Source of the DNA: Flectonema sp. DT1601
Lineage: Eukaryota
Length of the DNA stretch: 64,000 nt
NCBI GenBank assembly: GCA_964019425.1
Contig: OZ025785.1
Coordinates: forward strand, 558,001-622,000
Reading direction: 5' to 3'
A program made the position numbers and the translations under genes. Shown piece after piece: positions 33,315 through 44,861 of the stretch (position 1 is its first letter; the number at the start of each line of letters is the position of its first letter). The notes beneath the pieces are model-generated. The model made no database searches. It saw only the letters and a program-made list of their open reading frames with translations, and had not been told where the DNA came from.

Positions 33315-36300
33315 ATGTTTCGGATTGCTGTCGCCTCATCAGCAGTAGCTGTCGCTTTGGGATGCTTCCCAACTTGCGATGATGACTGCAACAGATTATC
33401 ACCTCCACAACTTGGTGAGGTGACTAGACTGAGGAAACTTAAGGAGAAGTGTACTTCTGGAGAGGAAGTTGTGTTCAACGTTGACTACAATCCTTGTACT
33501 CATAATTTAGATTATAAAGTACGAACACCAGACAATTGTGAACAGAGACAGGGAAATGTGTTTACATGCAAGAACAATAAGAGGTGTAAAGTTATCCCAT
33601 TCCTTACTGAATTAAAGTTCTGTGACTGCTCTTCAAGTTCGGGACCTTCACCTCCAGTTCGCTGTACGGATGATGCGAGGAAGTGTCCTGACGGCTCCTC
33701 TGTTGGTAGAGATGCCGACAACAAATGTGAGTTCCACCCTTGCCCTGATCCATGTGATGGAGCTTGTAAGTTCAATCAGGACTGCTTGTTGAAGAATGTA
33801 ATTACGTGTCCTGCGGGAATGGTTTGCCCTCCGACTGTTGTTTGCGTTGACAAGCCTTGCAACAAGAAGTGTCCAGCTGGAGATGTATGCGAACTCATGG
33901 TTGCTCCGTGTCTGATTCCACCATGCCCAGTGATCGAGACATGCAAGCCTGTTGTTCAGCCAAAGTGTGACAAGGATTGCCCAAAGGGTGAGGTTTGTGA
34001 GATCGTTGTTGCTCTATGTCTGACTCCACCATGTCCAGAATTCCCAACATGCAAGCCTGTTGTTCAGCCAAAGTGTGACAAGGATTGCCCAAAGGGTGAG
34101 GTTTGTGAGATCGTTGTTGCTCCATGTCTGATTCCACCATGTCCTGAATTCCCAACATGCAAGCCTGTTGTTCAGCCAAAGTGCGACAAGAAGTGCCCAA
34201 AGGGTGAGGTTTGTGAGATCGTTGTTGCTCCATGCCTGACTCCACCATGTCCTGAATTCCCAACTTGCAAGCCTGTTGTTCAGCCAAAGTGTGACAAGGA
34301 ATGCCCAAGGGGTGAGGTTTGTGAGATCGTTGTTGCTCCATGCCTGATTCCGCCATGTCCTGAATTCCCAACATGCAAGCCTGTTGTTCAGCCGAAGTGT
34401 GACAAGGAGTGCCCAAAGGGTGAGGTTTGTGAGATCGTTGTTGCTCCATGTCTGATTCCACCATGTCCAGAATTCCCAACATGCAAGCCTGTTGTTCAGC
34501 CAAAGTGTGACAAGGAATGTCCAAAGGGTGAGGTTTGTGAGATCATTGTTGCTCCATGTCTGACTCCACCATGTCCAGAATTCCCAACTTGCAAGCCTGT
34601 TGTTCAGCCAAAGTGTGACAAGGATTGCCCAAAGGGTGAGGTTTGTGAGATCGTTGTTGCTCCATGTCTGATTCCACCATGTCCTGAATTCCCAACTTGC
34701 AAGCCTGTTATTCAGCCAAAGTGTGACAAGAAGTGCCCAAAGGGTGAGGTTTGTGAGATCGTTGTTGCTCCATGTCTGATTCCACCATGTCCAGAATTCC
34801 CAACATGCAAGCCTGTTGTTCAGCCAAAGTGTGACAAGGAATGTCCAAAGGGTGAGGTTTGTGAGATCGTTGTTGCTCCATGTCTGACTCCACCATGTCC
34901 AGAATTCCCAACTTGCAAGCCTGTTGTTCAGCCAAAGTGTGACAAGGATTGCCCAAAGGGTGAGGTTTGTGAGATCGTTGTTGCTCCATGTCTGATTCCA
35001 CCATGTCCTGAATTCCCAACTTGCAAGCCTGTTGTTCAGCCAAAGTGTGACAAGGAATGCCCAAAGGGTGAAGTTTGTGAGATCGTTGTTGCTCCATGTC
35101 TGATTCCACCATGTCCAGAATTCCCAACATGCAAGCCTGTTGTTCAGCCAAAGTGTGACAAGGAGTGCCCAAAGGGTGAGGTTTGTGAGATCGTTGTTGC
35201 TCCATGTCTGATTCCACCATGTCCAGAATTCCCAACTTGCAAGCCTGTTGTTCAGCCAAAGTGTGACAAGGATTGCCCAAAGGGTGAGGTTTGTGAGATC
35301 GTTGTTGCTCCATGTCTGATTCCACCATGTCCAGAATTCCCAACATGCAAGCCTGTTGTTCAGCCAAAGTGTGACAAGGAATGTCCAAAGGGTGAGGTTT
35401 GTGAGATCGTTGTTGCTCCATGTCTGACTCCACCATGTCCAGAATTCCCAACATGCAAGCCTGTTGTTCAGCCAAAGTGTGACAAGGATTGCCCAAAGGG
35501 TGAGGTTTGTGAGATCGTTGTTGCTCCATGTCTGATTCCACCATGTCCTGAATTCCCAACATGCAAGCCTGTTGTTCAGCCAAAGTGTGACAAGGAATGC
35601 CCAAAGGGTGAAGTTTGTGAGATCGTTGTTGCTCCATGTCTGACTCCACCATGTCCAGAATTCCCAACATGCAAGCCTGTTGTTCAGCCAAAGTGTGACA
35701 AGGAATGTCCAAAGGGTGAGGTTTGTGAGATCGTTGTTGCTCCATGTCTGACTCCACCATGTCCAGAATTCCCAACATGCAAGCCTGTTGTTCAGCCAAA
35801 GTGTGACAAGGAATGTCCAAAGGGTGAGGTTTGTGAGATCGTTGTTGCTCCATGTCTGACTCCACCATGTCCAGAATTCCCAACATGCAAGCCTGTTGTT
35901 CAGCCAAAGTGTGACAAGGAGTGCCCAAAGGGTGAGGTTTGTGAGATCGTTGTTGCTCCATGTCTGATTCCACCATGTCCAGAATTCCCAACATGCAAGA
36001 CTGTTGTTCAGCCAAAGTGTGACAAGGAATGTCCAAAGGGTGAGGTTTGTGAGATCGTTGTTGCTCCATGTCTGACTCCACCATGTCCAGAATTCCCAAC
36101 ATGCAAGCCTGTTGTTCAGCCAAAGTGTGACAAGGAATGTCCAAAGGGTGAGGTTTGTGAGATCGTTGTTGCTCCATGTCTGACTCCACCATGTCCAGAA
36201 TTCCCAACATGCAAGCCTGTTGTTCAGCCAAAGTGTGACAAGGATTGCCCAAAGGGTGAAGTTTGTGAGATCGTTGTTGCTCCATGTCTGACTCCACCAT

Positions 36301-36638
36301 GTCCAGAATTCCCAACATGCAAGCCTGTTGTTCAGCCAAAGTGTGACAAGGAATGTCCAAAGGGTGAGGTTTGTGAGATCGTTGTTGCTCCATGTCTGAC
36401 TCCACCATGTCCAGAATTCCCAACATGCAAGCCTGTTGTTCAGCCAAAGTGTGACAAGAAGTGTGAATATGGTAACGATTGCGTCATCACAGACCGCGGA
36501 GATTCATCGACCTGCAAGCCTTGGTCTGAGATTGGATGTTCTGACAAGCCGTGCAAGGCAGGATACACTTGTGTTGATGTTAAGAGAGTCTGCAAGACTG
36601 CCCCATGTTATCAATATGAGTGTAGTTTGTTGTTTTAA
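33315..36638 (+). CDS. Cysteine/proline-rich secreted repeat protein (1107 aa), paralog 3
   Basis: Same termini as 27969-32156; 23 units, so 288 aa (8 units) shorter. Confidence 0.9.
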   Translation: MFRIAVASSAVAVALGCFPTCDDDCNRLSPPQLGEVTRLRKLKEKCTSGEEVVFNVDYNPCTHNLDYKVRTPDNCEQRQGNVFTCKNNKRCKVIPFLTELKFCDCSSSSGPSPPVRCTDDARKCPDGSSVGRDADNKCEFHPCPDPCDGACKFNQDCLLKNVITCPAGMVCPPTVVCVDKPCNKKCPAGDVCELMVAPCLIPPCPVIETCKPVVQPKCDKDCPKGEVCEIVVALCLTPPCPEFPTCKPVVQPKCDKDCPKGEVCEIVVAPCLIPPCPEFPTCKPVVQPKCDKKCPKGEVCEIVVAPCLTPPCPEFPTCKPVVQPKCDKECPRGEVCEIVVAPCLIPPCPEFPTCKPVVQPKCDKECPKGEVCEIVVAPCLIPPCPEFPTCKPVVQPKCDKECPKGEVCEIIVAPCLTPPCPEFPTCKPVVQPKCDKDCPKGEVCEIVVAPCLIPPCPEFPTCKPVIQPKCDKKCPKGEVCEIVVAPCLIPPCPEFPTCKPVVQPKCDKECPKGEVCEIVVAPCLTPPCPEFPTCKPVVQPKCDKDCPKGEVCEIVVAPCLIPPCPEFPTCKPVVQPKCDKECPKGEVCEIVVAPCLIPPCPEFPTCKPVVQPKCDKECPKGEVCEIVVAPCLIPPCPEFPTCKPVVQPKCDKDCPKGEVCEIVVAPCLIPPCPEFPTCKPVVQPKCDKECPKGEVCEIVVAPCLTPPCPEFPTCKPVVQPKCDKDCPKGEVCEIVVAPCLIPPCPEFPTCKPVVQPKCDKECPKGEVCEIVVAPCLTPPCPEFPTCKPVVQPKCDKECPKGEVCEIVVAPCLTPPCPEFPTCKPVVQPKCDKECPKGEVCEIVVAPCLTPPCPEFPTCKPVVQPKCDKECPKGEVCEIVVAPCLIPPCPEFPTCKTVVQPKCDKECPKGEVCEIVVAPCLTPPCPEFPTCKPVVQPKCDKECPKGEVCEIVVAPCLTPPCPEFPTCKPVVQPKCDKDCPKGEVCEIVVAPCLTPPCPEFPTCKPVVQPKCDKECPKGEVCEIVVAPCLTPPCPEFPTCKPVVQPKCDKKCEYGNDCVITDRGDSSTCKPWSEIGCSDKPCKAGYTCVDVKRVCKTAPCYQYECSLLF
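33942..36425 (+). repeat. Coding tandem array, 23 x 108 bp
   Basis: (36426-33942)/108 = 23 exact units. Confidence 0.95.
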
Positions 36639-37557
36639 TTTGATTGCTGACTATGAAACAGCAAAAGAAATAATCAGCGTCTCTTTGTAGAACTGCGGTT
36701 TAGTGGCCGTGCTGATAATTGTTCTGAAATGTTTCTTTATTATGTCTCTTATGTTTTTCCCTCTCCAATTTCTTTTTAAAAATTGTTTATTTTATTGTTG
36801 TATTCAAATCAGAAAATTGAATTAAAGAAAACTAATTACGACATCTCACTGTAGAATTGCGGTATCTTAACCGTGTTGATTATGTTTTTAATAATTCATT
36901 CTGATGAGATGTGATTAAGTAGCTGAGCTATTTCTTTTGAACATTATTAAAAAATAAAAGTGAAAAATAAAGATCTTCACCTTGTCTTGATGAGGTGATC
37001 TGTTGAATGTGACTACATGATAATTTCTTTAGTTATATTTATTATTATTTTTTAATTTCATAATTTGTTTTTAATATTTGTCAAAATTTTGAAAAGAGGC
37101 AATGAACTTTAACACGTTAAGAAAACGACGAAAATTAACATTTTAAAATTGATTTCAATTTCCTCTCTATTTTCTTTCGTTTTTTAGCAAAAAAACTATT
37201 TAGTTTCTCCCTTCTTGTTAACAATAGGAAGGGAGATTATTATTTTATTATCAACTCTCTTTTTCTGAATACTTCCATCTCAACTCGTCGACGATGAGTA
37301 ATATTTGTATTGACAAATATCGTTATTTGTTTTCTTTATTTGAATTTAGTTATTAATTGGTACTACTCTCTCGCCCTCACACAGCTACTAAGAAGTGAAT
37401 AGAAAGGTCAGCCGTAGACGTGAAGAAAGCTCACCTCATAGTCAGTTATGAGGGCTATTCCTTTAACTATTATGAATGATGTGTTTGTTTTGTTATTTTA
37501 GTTCACAAACAGGAGTTCAATTACCATCACAATAGTAGTCATGTGGTTGTAGTTGTG

Positions 37558-39145
37558 ATGTCGAATTTAAAGAATTTGAATAAAATACAACACTCTTTGA
37601 AAGGAATATTCACAGAAGGTGAGTCACCAGTCTTTCCTAACATATTATTATCAAATGAAGATAATAAAGAAACACTTCCTAAAGGATGTGATTATGAAAT
37701 AGAACAAAGATCTGATCAAGAAGTATTCGAAGTTTTCTTATCTTTGAATAATCGATTAGGTGAATTAGAAGGAAACAATGAAGCCATTGAAACTGAATTA
37801 AATAATTGGAGAATTCAATGGCAGCTGACGTCATCTCCAGAACCCGTCACAGTGAAAATACAACACAACAAGAATTCTGATGCTCAGGGATTGGTGAGTT
37901 ATTTTTCTCATAAAGGTATTTGTTTTTTTTAAAAAAAAAATAAAAAAAAATCTGTTTTAAACCGACCAACCCCTTCCAGGAGTATCCAGGAAATACCGAT
38001 GGATGCCAACAGATGGTCAGCACGTAGTTAGTGATGATTGTGAGAATAACACTTCACGTCGGTCGCTAAATGAGTTTTCTGGTGTCGGAGTCTCAAAATA
38101 TTTATTAAACGAAACTGACTGTCCTCAGTGTTACGGTAAAAGATTTTGCACAATCTGTATGTCAAACGATTTGTTAAACGTTAGTTCTGATCCTCAAGAA
38201 TCACTGACACTCATGACAGCCTTTGTTGGTTGTGTACTACAGATGAAATCAAACGAAAAAGTTCCCGACGCGGCATGCATTTCAAAAAATGAATACAGAG
38301 CGTTGCTCGATTCTATTAGACCTCAGTATCAAGTATTGGTATTGGCTGAACCTTGGAAATCATTTTTACAAAAAAAATCATTATCTCTTTCTAGGATTGT
38401 TGCTGGTCATATTGGAAGACAGTCTTCTTATAGGAGGGAGTGTAAAAAGAGATTGGCTCAGATTGCTGCTCGGTATGAAAAAGAAAAAGAATCTCTCTCG
38501 GTAATACACGATGAAGCGATTCTCGTCAAGGACGATGAAATAACTCGATTGAAAGAGAAGATTCAAAAGTGTAGAGATGAGGAAGTTTCATTGATGCGAT
38601 GTATTAATTTTGAAGATCAAGGGGCTGCGCTCGAATCTATCTTCGTGAGGAAAAAACAAGCCACCGTCCTCTCGCGGATCTATCAGTTTCGTAAGGCAAT
38701 TCGTCGAACAACTTCGTTAAGAAGTAATACTGAAAGGGATTTTCAAAAAAAGATTGCTGCTGCTTTAACGTCGTGTTTATCGACTCTCGGAACGAAGTCT
38801 GAGGAGAAAATAAAATTAAAAAAAGAAAGCGATGTCCTCAGCTGGGAAGGTATCGTCAGCAACCTGACCCTTATAGATGATGTCAGTAGCACGTTGAAAG
38901 ATTCATTCGAGTCTCTTTGTGATGAAGAATCTGATATTTTGTATCAAATCAAAACAATAAAACAATCTTTAACGTCGAGGTCTTCTTTTACTACAAACAC
39001 ACTAGACTCTGAAGGCTCTTCATCATCAACTCCGAGTTCAACGCATTCCAGAATGCTGTTTGAGCCGGTTCCAAAACGACCTTCGGGAAAATCAGCTAAT
39101 TTACGAAATTGTTCTCTCAGATCAAGTTTTGCTGAGTTTACTTAA
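37558..39145 (+). CDS. Hypothetical coiled-coil protein (exons 37558-37915, 37980-39145)
   Basis: Phase-1 intron GTATTT(37916)..TTCCAG(37979) joins ORFs 37543 and 38003 in frame; includes a CPQC..CTIC Cys cluster and a heptad-rich region. Confidence 0.65.
37916..37979 (+). other. GT-AG intron
   Basis: GTATTTG(T)n(A)n..CCCCTTCCAG; phase 1, in frame. Confidence 0.65.
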
Positions 39146-39169
39146 ATAACATTTACACATTAGAGAAAA

Positions 39170-39367
39170 CAGATCTTGGTTGTAGTAGCGAATATTCAAT
39201 GGAGAACATTGAAGGCCGAAGTGGAGAAGGTTTCCGTGTCAACAGCAGTTGGACACGGGTCAGTCAGTCCTAAGGCAAGGTGTAATTGCTCGCCTCAAAG
39301 CCGTCATGGGAGCTTGTGTTTCTGTGCGGGTTTGCCGAAAGGGAATGCGTGAACATTCCGCAACCAG
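39170..39367 (+). pseudogene. Isolated ~200-nt fragment of cytosolic LSU (28S-type) rRNA
   Basis: CAGATCTTGGTTGTAGTAGCGAATATTCAA..GAAGTGGAGAAGGTTTCCGTGTCAACAGCAGTTG..TCCTAAG..CGAAAGGGAA matches conserved eukaryotic LSU core sequence; no flanking rDNA. Confidence 0.85.
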
Positions 39368-39483
39368 AAAAAAACGATCTCCTGTTTCTGTTTCTGCAGG
39401 GATTGGTACATTCATATTTTATTGATTTTTGTTATGTTAATAATTTATATTCAACTTAAACACACACACACTCTCTCTCTTAG

Positions 39484-40731
39484 ATGCAGGTCACAGTAAA
39501 TAATGTACTGGACGATTCCTCAATAGTATTAGATTTGTATGTAACGTCAACTGTGTTGAATGTGAAGGAACGATTGTTAGAAGAGTGGGGACTGATTGAG
39601 TCGCATTATAATCTATACTGTGAGGGTCTTCCTTTAAATGATAATGATAGGGTAGTTGATAAAGTGTCTCAATTAGGGGTTATTGAATGTGATATATCAC
39701 AGAAGGGAAGAGCTTGGGTTCGATTCCGAGGTAATCCTCCCCTAATCCGAGACTTCTTCCAAGAAATTAAAAACCAAAACATCCAAGCGATCAAAGACTA
39801 TTTATCTGCCAAAGTAAATACCTCCCAAGCCTTGGGAGGAATCACCGCGATCGCGCTTTCCGCGAAGAAGAATTTCACAGAAATCAGTTATTTGATTTTA
39901 TCCTCATCAGACAATCCAACAAAAGACGTGAATCAATCATCGTCTTACGGAGGGGCTTTATATTGGGGAGCACACCACAATGATACTACTTTAGTATCAG
40001 AGATTTGTTCTCTACCAGGAGCTAAAGTAAACATGTCTGGTAGATGGGTTGACAAACAAACTCCATCGCATGCAGCATGTAGACAAGATAGTTTGGAGAG
40101 CCTGAAGATATTATGCGGAAGGAAAGATGTGGATTTCGAGTTGAAAACTACTGAGGGATGGAGTCCGTTTGAAATAGCTTGCTTTTATCATTCGTACAGC
40201 TGCATTGAGTTTTTGATATCTGAAAAGAAAGATTTCTACGGTGTAGGTCTTTTAATTCATTGTTGTTGCGGAAATGATGAAGAAATAATAACATATTTGT
40301 TACAATTAAAAAAATTCAACATCAACATTAGGAATCCTGACAATGGGGAAACCGTCCTCCATTATTGTTGCAGAGAAGGGTTAGAAGATATGGTTAGGTT
40401 GCTTTGTTCTTCGAAAAAAATCAATATAAACTCACCTGATGTCGTAAAAAGAACTCCCTTACATTTTGCAGTCTCTTATCGTCAAAGTAGTGTTGTTCGT
40501 TTGTTGTCACTACATAATGAAATAAATCCAAACGTTCAAAGACCCAATATAGCAACTCCCCTTTGGACTGCGTCATCGATGGGCTCGGTTGATATCGTTC
40601 GTAGCCTTCTTGAGATTAGAAAAATCGACTTGAATATGGTTGGTTTTCAATCAACTACTCCGTTGCAAATTGCGGAAAAAAAAGGAAATTTAGAAATAGC
40701 AAAAATACTGCGAGATGCTGGAGGATACTAA
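39484..40731 (+). CDS. Ubiquitin-like domain plus ankyrin-repeat protein
   Basis: MQVTV..STVLNVKERL..LYCEGLPLND is Ubl-like; ankyrins GETVLHYCCREG, RTPLHFAV, TPLWTASSMG, TPLQIAEKKG. Confidence 0.85.
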   Translation: MQVTVNNVLDDSSIVLDLYVTSTVLNVKERLLEEWGLIESHYNLYCEGLPLNDNDRVVDKVSQLGVIECDISQKGRAWVRFRGNPPLIRDFFQEIKNQNIQAIKDYLSAKVNTSQALGGITAIALSAKKNFTEISYLILSSSDNPTKDVNQSSSYGGALYWGAHHNDTTLVSEICSLPGAKVNMSGRWVDKQTPSHAACRQDSLESLKILCGRKDVDFELKTTEGWSPFEIACFYHSYSCIEFLISEKKDFYGVGLLIHCCCGNDEEIITYLLQLKKFNINIRNPDNGETVLHYCCREGLEDMVRLLCSSKKININSPDVVKRTPLHFAVSYRQSSVVRLLSLHNEINPNVQRPNIATPLWTASSMGSVDIVRSLLEIRKIDLNMVGFQSTTPLQIAEKKGNLEIAKILRDAGGY

Positions 40732-40912
40732 GGGGGGGGGGAGGCCCAAAAAAGGGAAAGTTTTTTGACTATTTCTCAGAGAGGGGGTTGTGTGTACTCT
40801 CCCAGGGAGGGGGTTGTGTGTACTCTCTTGTTGAATTCAGATACTTCAAACTGTCGTCCCTTTCCTTCCAACTGGGGGGGGATATCCTGTGCTGGAGAAT
40901 AACGTGTTTCTC

Positions 40913-40990
40913 TTTTACACTTTGCAATAAAAGAAGTGGCGTTCTTTGTTTGTTTGTTGTCATTACATAATAAAATAAATCCCAACATTC
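40913..40990 (+). pseudogene. Degenerate copy of one ankyrin repeat of the upstream gene
   Basis: GTTTGTTGTCATTACATAATAAAATAAATCCCAACATTC resembles 40499-40537 (GTTTGTTGTCACTACATAATGAAATAAATCCAAACGTTC). Confidence 0.65.
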
Positions 40991-41342
40991 GGACAGACCT
41001 CAGCGCTCCCAGGTCGCGTTCATTTGTATTTGTGATGCTGCTCTCAATTCTCAAGGAATCCTAATATTTTCAAACTTTTTGAGAATGTTTTTACAAAAAA
41101 AATTGTGTCCTCTGTAAACTTTACAATTCTGTTGTTCGCTCTTCGTGACTAAGGCTTGTATCTCACTCTCTCTCTCTCTCTTTTACTAACTTCTATACAT
41201 GGAATCCCAGTTCTGTGTGTGAGGTAAGTAGTCTTTGCCGTGTTTAGTCTCACGGAAAATAGTGATTCTGAAATATTACATGAAAAAGGGAGGAAAAGTC
41301 TAATTAGCCTTCCTTACCAACAGCAAGAGTGTTTTAATAAAA

Positions 41343-42185
41343 ATGAATGACTTTGATGATGACTCATATAAGAAAGCAATGGCATGGCAGCCATCTGATG
41401 TTGTTCAATTACTTTGTTATCAAACTGGTCTTCAACGAGAAGATTTATACGAGATTAAGGCAAGGGATATAAACGGAGCTAAGTTAATTCAAATGGCCGG
41501 AAACAATGACTACATTGACTACATTACAAGAGGTGTTGAGTGTACAAGAAAACGCTTTCGAGTAAGGGAGGCGATTAACGCCGCAAAATACACAATTAGG
41601 AGGTCGGTTACTCCACCTGGAAAGACTTATGAATTTAATAATTACGGATCAACGAGATTAGCATGTGAACTTTCTAAATCGAAAATGTTTTTGTATGGCT
41701 CAAGCAATGGTAATTCATGTAGGGATGCCTCAGTAAGACGACCCCAAACACCTGAAATCACTGCGGGTTACGAACGACCGTCATGGTATGGAAAAGTCGA
41801 AGCATTTGTATCAAAAAAAGAAAGATTGAAAACCAATGATGTGGAAGAAGATTTGAACAGGAAATTAAAAATTAGAGAAATTCGAGCGAGGAGGTCTAGA
41901 TTAGCATCGACGATAATAAAACAACAACTTCTAAATTCACCGTCTCCCCCAGACAATCCAACTCCCTCAGAAGATGATCATCAGCAGCATGTGTTTCGCC
42001 GCATTGCCGAAGAAGACCAACTTCGCCGTTTACAACAAATAGAAAGAGAGTACAACGTTCAACAGCTTCTTGATAAAAGAAAACAATCTATTCGCGATGA
42101 GAACTCTCTGAGCACTCAAAAACAGAGACGTTGCCACCTTTTAGATATCCGTATTGGTGATCCCTGGGAAGACGATACTTCTTGA
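41343..42185 (+). CDS. Hypothetical protein with N-terminal SAM-like domain
   Basis: WQPSDVVQLL..RDINGAKLIQM..RFRVREAI fits the SAM pattern W..DV..L..IDG..LL. Confidence 0.65.
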   Translation: MNDFDDDSYKKAMAWQPSDVVQLLCYQTGLQREDLYEIKARDINGAKLIQMAGNNDYIDYITRGVECTRKRFRVREAINAAKYTIRRSVTPPGKTYEFNNYGSTRLACELSKSKMFLYGSSNGNSCRDASVRRPQTPEITAGYERPSWYGKVEAFVSKKERLKTNDVEEDLNRKLKIREIRARRSRLASTIIKQQLLNSPSPPDNPTPSEDDHQQHVFRRIAEEDQLRRLQQIEREYNVQQLLDKRKQSIRDENSLSTQKQRRCHLLDIRIGDPWEDDTS

Positions 42186-44289
42186 TCTGTACCGTCATGT
42201 CATTGCGACATTTTCAATTATTGGAGCGAAGAAAAAAAAACCATTCAGATTTTAGCCTTATGTTTTCGTTGAACGCCAGACAAAATCCTGTTTCACGAGG
42301 GGAAAATAAATCATAAGAACATAAGACATGTCGGCTTTCAACTTGTCTCCGAATACGTCGGTACAAAAAAAAAAAAAAAAAAAAAGAAAGTGTTCTCAGC
42401 AACTTGTTGATTCGCTAAAGATGTATTGAATAAGGTTTAGAGGCATCTGTTGAGCTCGTGTTCGTACGGGAATGGTTAGTGGATACAGAAAAGAGAGCGA
42501 AGGTATGTATTGACACTCTAAGACTCTTACATTCGAGGAAGATAGTAGTCTTGTATTCGACAGAGTGGATCCCATACACATTTGGGTACTTCATTCGTCA
42601 ATTCTGATTCCTCAGTCAGTGTGGTGCTTTTCAACGCATTGGCTCAGTACTCAGCGAGACAATCGAGGAGGAGGCCGATGTGACGCTCGGATCGTACGAA
42701 GACGACCTGACGTTGTTTGTATCACCAGAGAAACTAACGTCGTCAATTCAGTCGCAGCCTCAGCATCCGTCATTCCAACCATGATCTCCTCAGACGATCT
42801 GAGAACTTCTGAAAAGCTGTCCATGAGCGCCTCGTCATCTCACGGTTCTAGCAAGTCTGAATGACAGCACTCAAAATGATACATATAAGATGCACATCTC
42901 TGAGCACTCAAAACAGAGACGTTGCCACCTTTTGGATATCCGTATTGGTGATCCCTGGGAAGACAATACTTCTTGATCTGTACCGTCATGTCATTGCGAC
43001 GTTTTCAATTATTGGAGCGAAAAAAAAAAAACCATTCAGATTTTAGCCTTATGTTTTCGTTGAACGCCAGACACAATCCTGTTTTACGAGGGGAAAATAA
43101 ATCATTAGAACATAAGAAAATATCGGCTTTCAACCTGTCTCCGAATACGTCGGTACAAAAAAAAAAAAATCTCCCTTTTATAAACCTATGCAATTATCTT
43201 TACAGAAATTGTTTCCTTTGATATACTTTTTGAGTACGATGATAATAATACCGGAGGGTATTCAACCTGTCGTCTTGTTGTGTGATGACATAACAGGGAG
43301 AGTGTTCTTTTTTATTTTTTTTATTACGGGTTATATTGTGTTCTCAGCAACTTGTTGATTCGCTAAAGATGTATTGAATAAGGTTTAGAGGCATCTGTTG
43401 AGCTCGTGTTCGTACGGGAATGGTTAGTGGATACAGAAAAGAGAGCGAAGGTATGTATTGACACTCTAAGACTCTTACATTCGAGGAAGATAGTAGTCTT
43501 GTATTCGACAGAGTGGATCCCATACACATTTGGGTACTTCATTCGTCAATTCTGATTCCTCAGTCAGTGTGGTGCTTTTCAACGCATTGGCTCAGTACTC
43601 AGCGAGACAATCGAGGAGGAGGCCGATGTGACGCCCGGATCGTACGAAGACGACCTGACGTTGTTTGTGTCTCCGGAGAAACTAACGTCGTCAATTCAGT
43701 CGCAGCCTCAGCATCCGTCATTCCATTCATGATCTCCTTAGACGATCTGAGAACTTCTGAAAAGCTGTCCATGAGCGCCTCGTCATCTCACGGTTCTAGC
43801 AAGCCTGAATGACAGCACTCAAAATGATACATATAAGATGCACATCTCTGAGTACTCAAAACAGAGACGTTGCCACCTTTTAGATATCCGTATTGGTGAT
43901 CCCTGGGAAGACAATACTTCTTGATCTTTACCGTCATGTCATTGCGACGTTTTCAATTATTGGAGCGAAAAAAAAAAAACCATTCAGATTTTATCCTTAT
44001 GTTTTCGTTGAACGCCACGAGGGGAAAATAAATCATTAGAACATAAGAAAATATCGGCTTTCAACCTGTCTCCGAATACGTCGGTACAAAAAAAAAAAAA
44101 AAAAAAACCCTCCCTTATATAAACCTATGCAATTATCTTTACAGAAATTGTTTCCTTTGATATCCTTTTTGAGTACGATGATAATAATACCGGAGGGTAT
44201 TCAACCTGTCGTCTTGTTGTGTGATGACATAACAGGGAGAGTGTTCTTTTTTATTTTTTTTTATTACAGAAAAACGTTAAAAATAAATG

Positions 44290-44861
44290 AAAGCCTTCTT
44301 ATCTGTTGTTTAGATTTCCCGTCGAACCAGTAGTATCAAAAGGGAGTAAAAACAATATTCTTTTACAATAAATAATATTTTGAAGATGGTAAATTGAAAT
44401 ATCCCAGGCGCTACAGTTTGAAAAGCCTCCAAGTTCAGAGAGTATAAATACTAAAGAGGTTCTTAATGCTACACTCCTCCAAGGCTGGAAATGTAGTTCT
44501 CCATAAGGATTTGGTATTTCAAGATATTGTGTTGATTCGCTAAAGATGTATTGAATAAGGTTTAGAGGCATCTGTTGAGCTCGTGTTCGTACGGGAATGG
44601 TTAGTGGATACAGAAAAGAGAGCGAAGGTATGTATTGACACTCTAAGACTCTTACATTCGAGGAAGATAGTAGTCTTGTATTCGACAGAGTGGATCCCAT
44701 ACACATTTGGGTACTTCATTCGTCAATTCTGATTCCTCAGTCAGTGTGGTGCTTTTCAACGCATTGGCTCAGTACTCAGCGAGACAATCGAGGAGGAGGC
44801 CGATGTGACGCCCGGATCGTACGAAGACGACCTGACGTTGTTTGTATCACCAGAGAAACTA
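44290..44861 (+). mobile_element. Decayed non-LTR retrotransposon reverse-transcriptase fragment (domains ~0-5); shorter copies at ~42405-42736 and ~43353-43684
   Basis: Across stops and frameshifts, motifs occur in RT order: KYPRRYSLKSL..EYK-ILKRFL (cf. NYRPISL..YKIL), SP*GFGISRYCVDSL (QxGF..RS..D), SVELVFVREWL, TEWIPYTFG-IRQ-DS..VVLFN (GxRQGDxLSPxLFN), SYEDDLTLF (YxDD). Confidence 0.65.

Larger units (their letters stand above)
27899..37328 (+). repeat. Direct segmental duplication (~27899-32847 and ~33245-37328) of gene plus ~690-bp 3' flank
   Basis: Both copies begin TTGTCGTGCAATTAGTT and end ATTTGTATTGACAAATATCGTTATTTG; the 3' flanks are nearly identical. Confidence 0.9.

Noticed and set aside
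28596..36425. Regular repeats as a CRISPR array
   Set aside because: Units are contiguous, in frame and have no unique spacers; no cas genes.
37894..37979. GTGAGT as the intron donor
   Set aside because: Gives a stop soon after splicing; the donor at 37916 keeps the frame.
44170..44240. PEGIQPVVLLCDDIT as a second RT YxDD relic
   Set aside because: A single weak motif with no supporting RT motifs in order.
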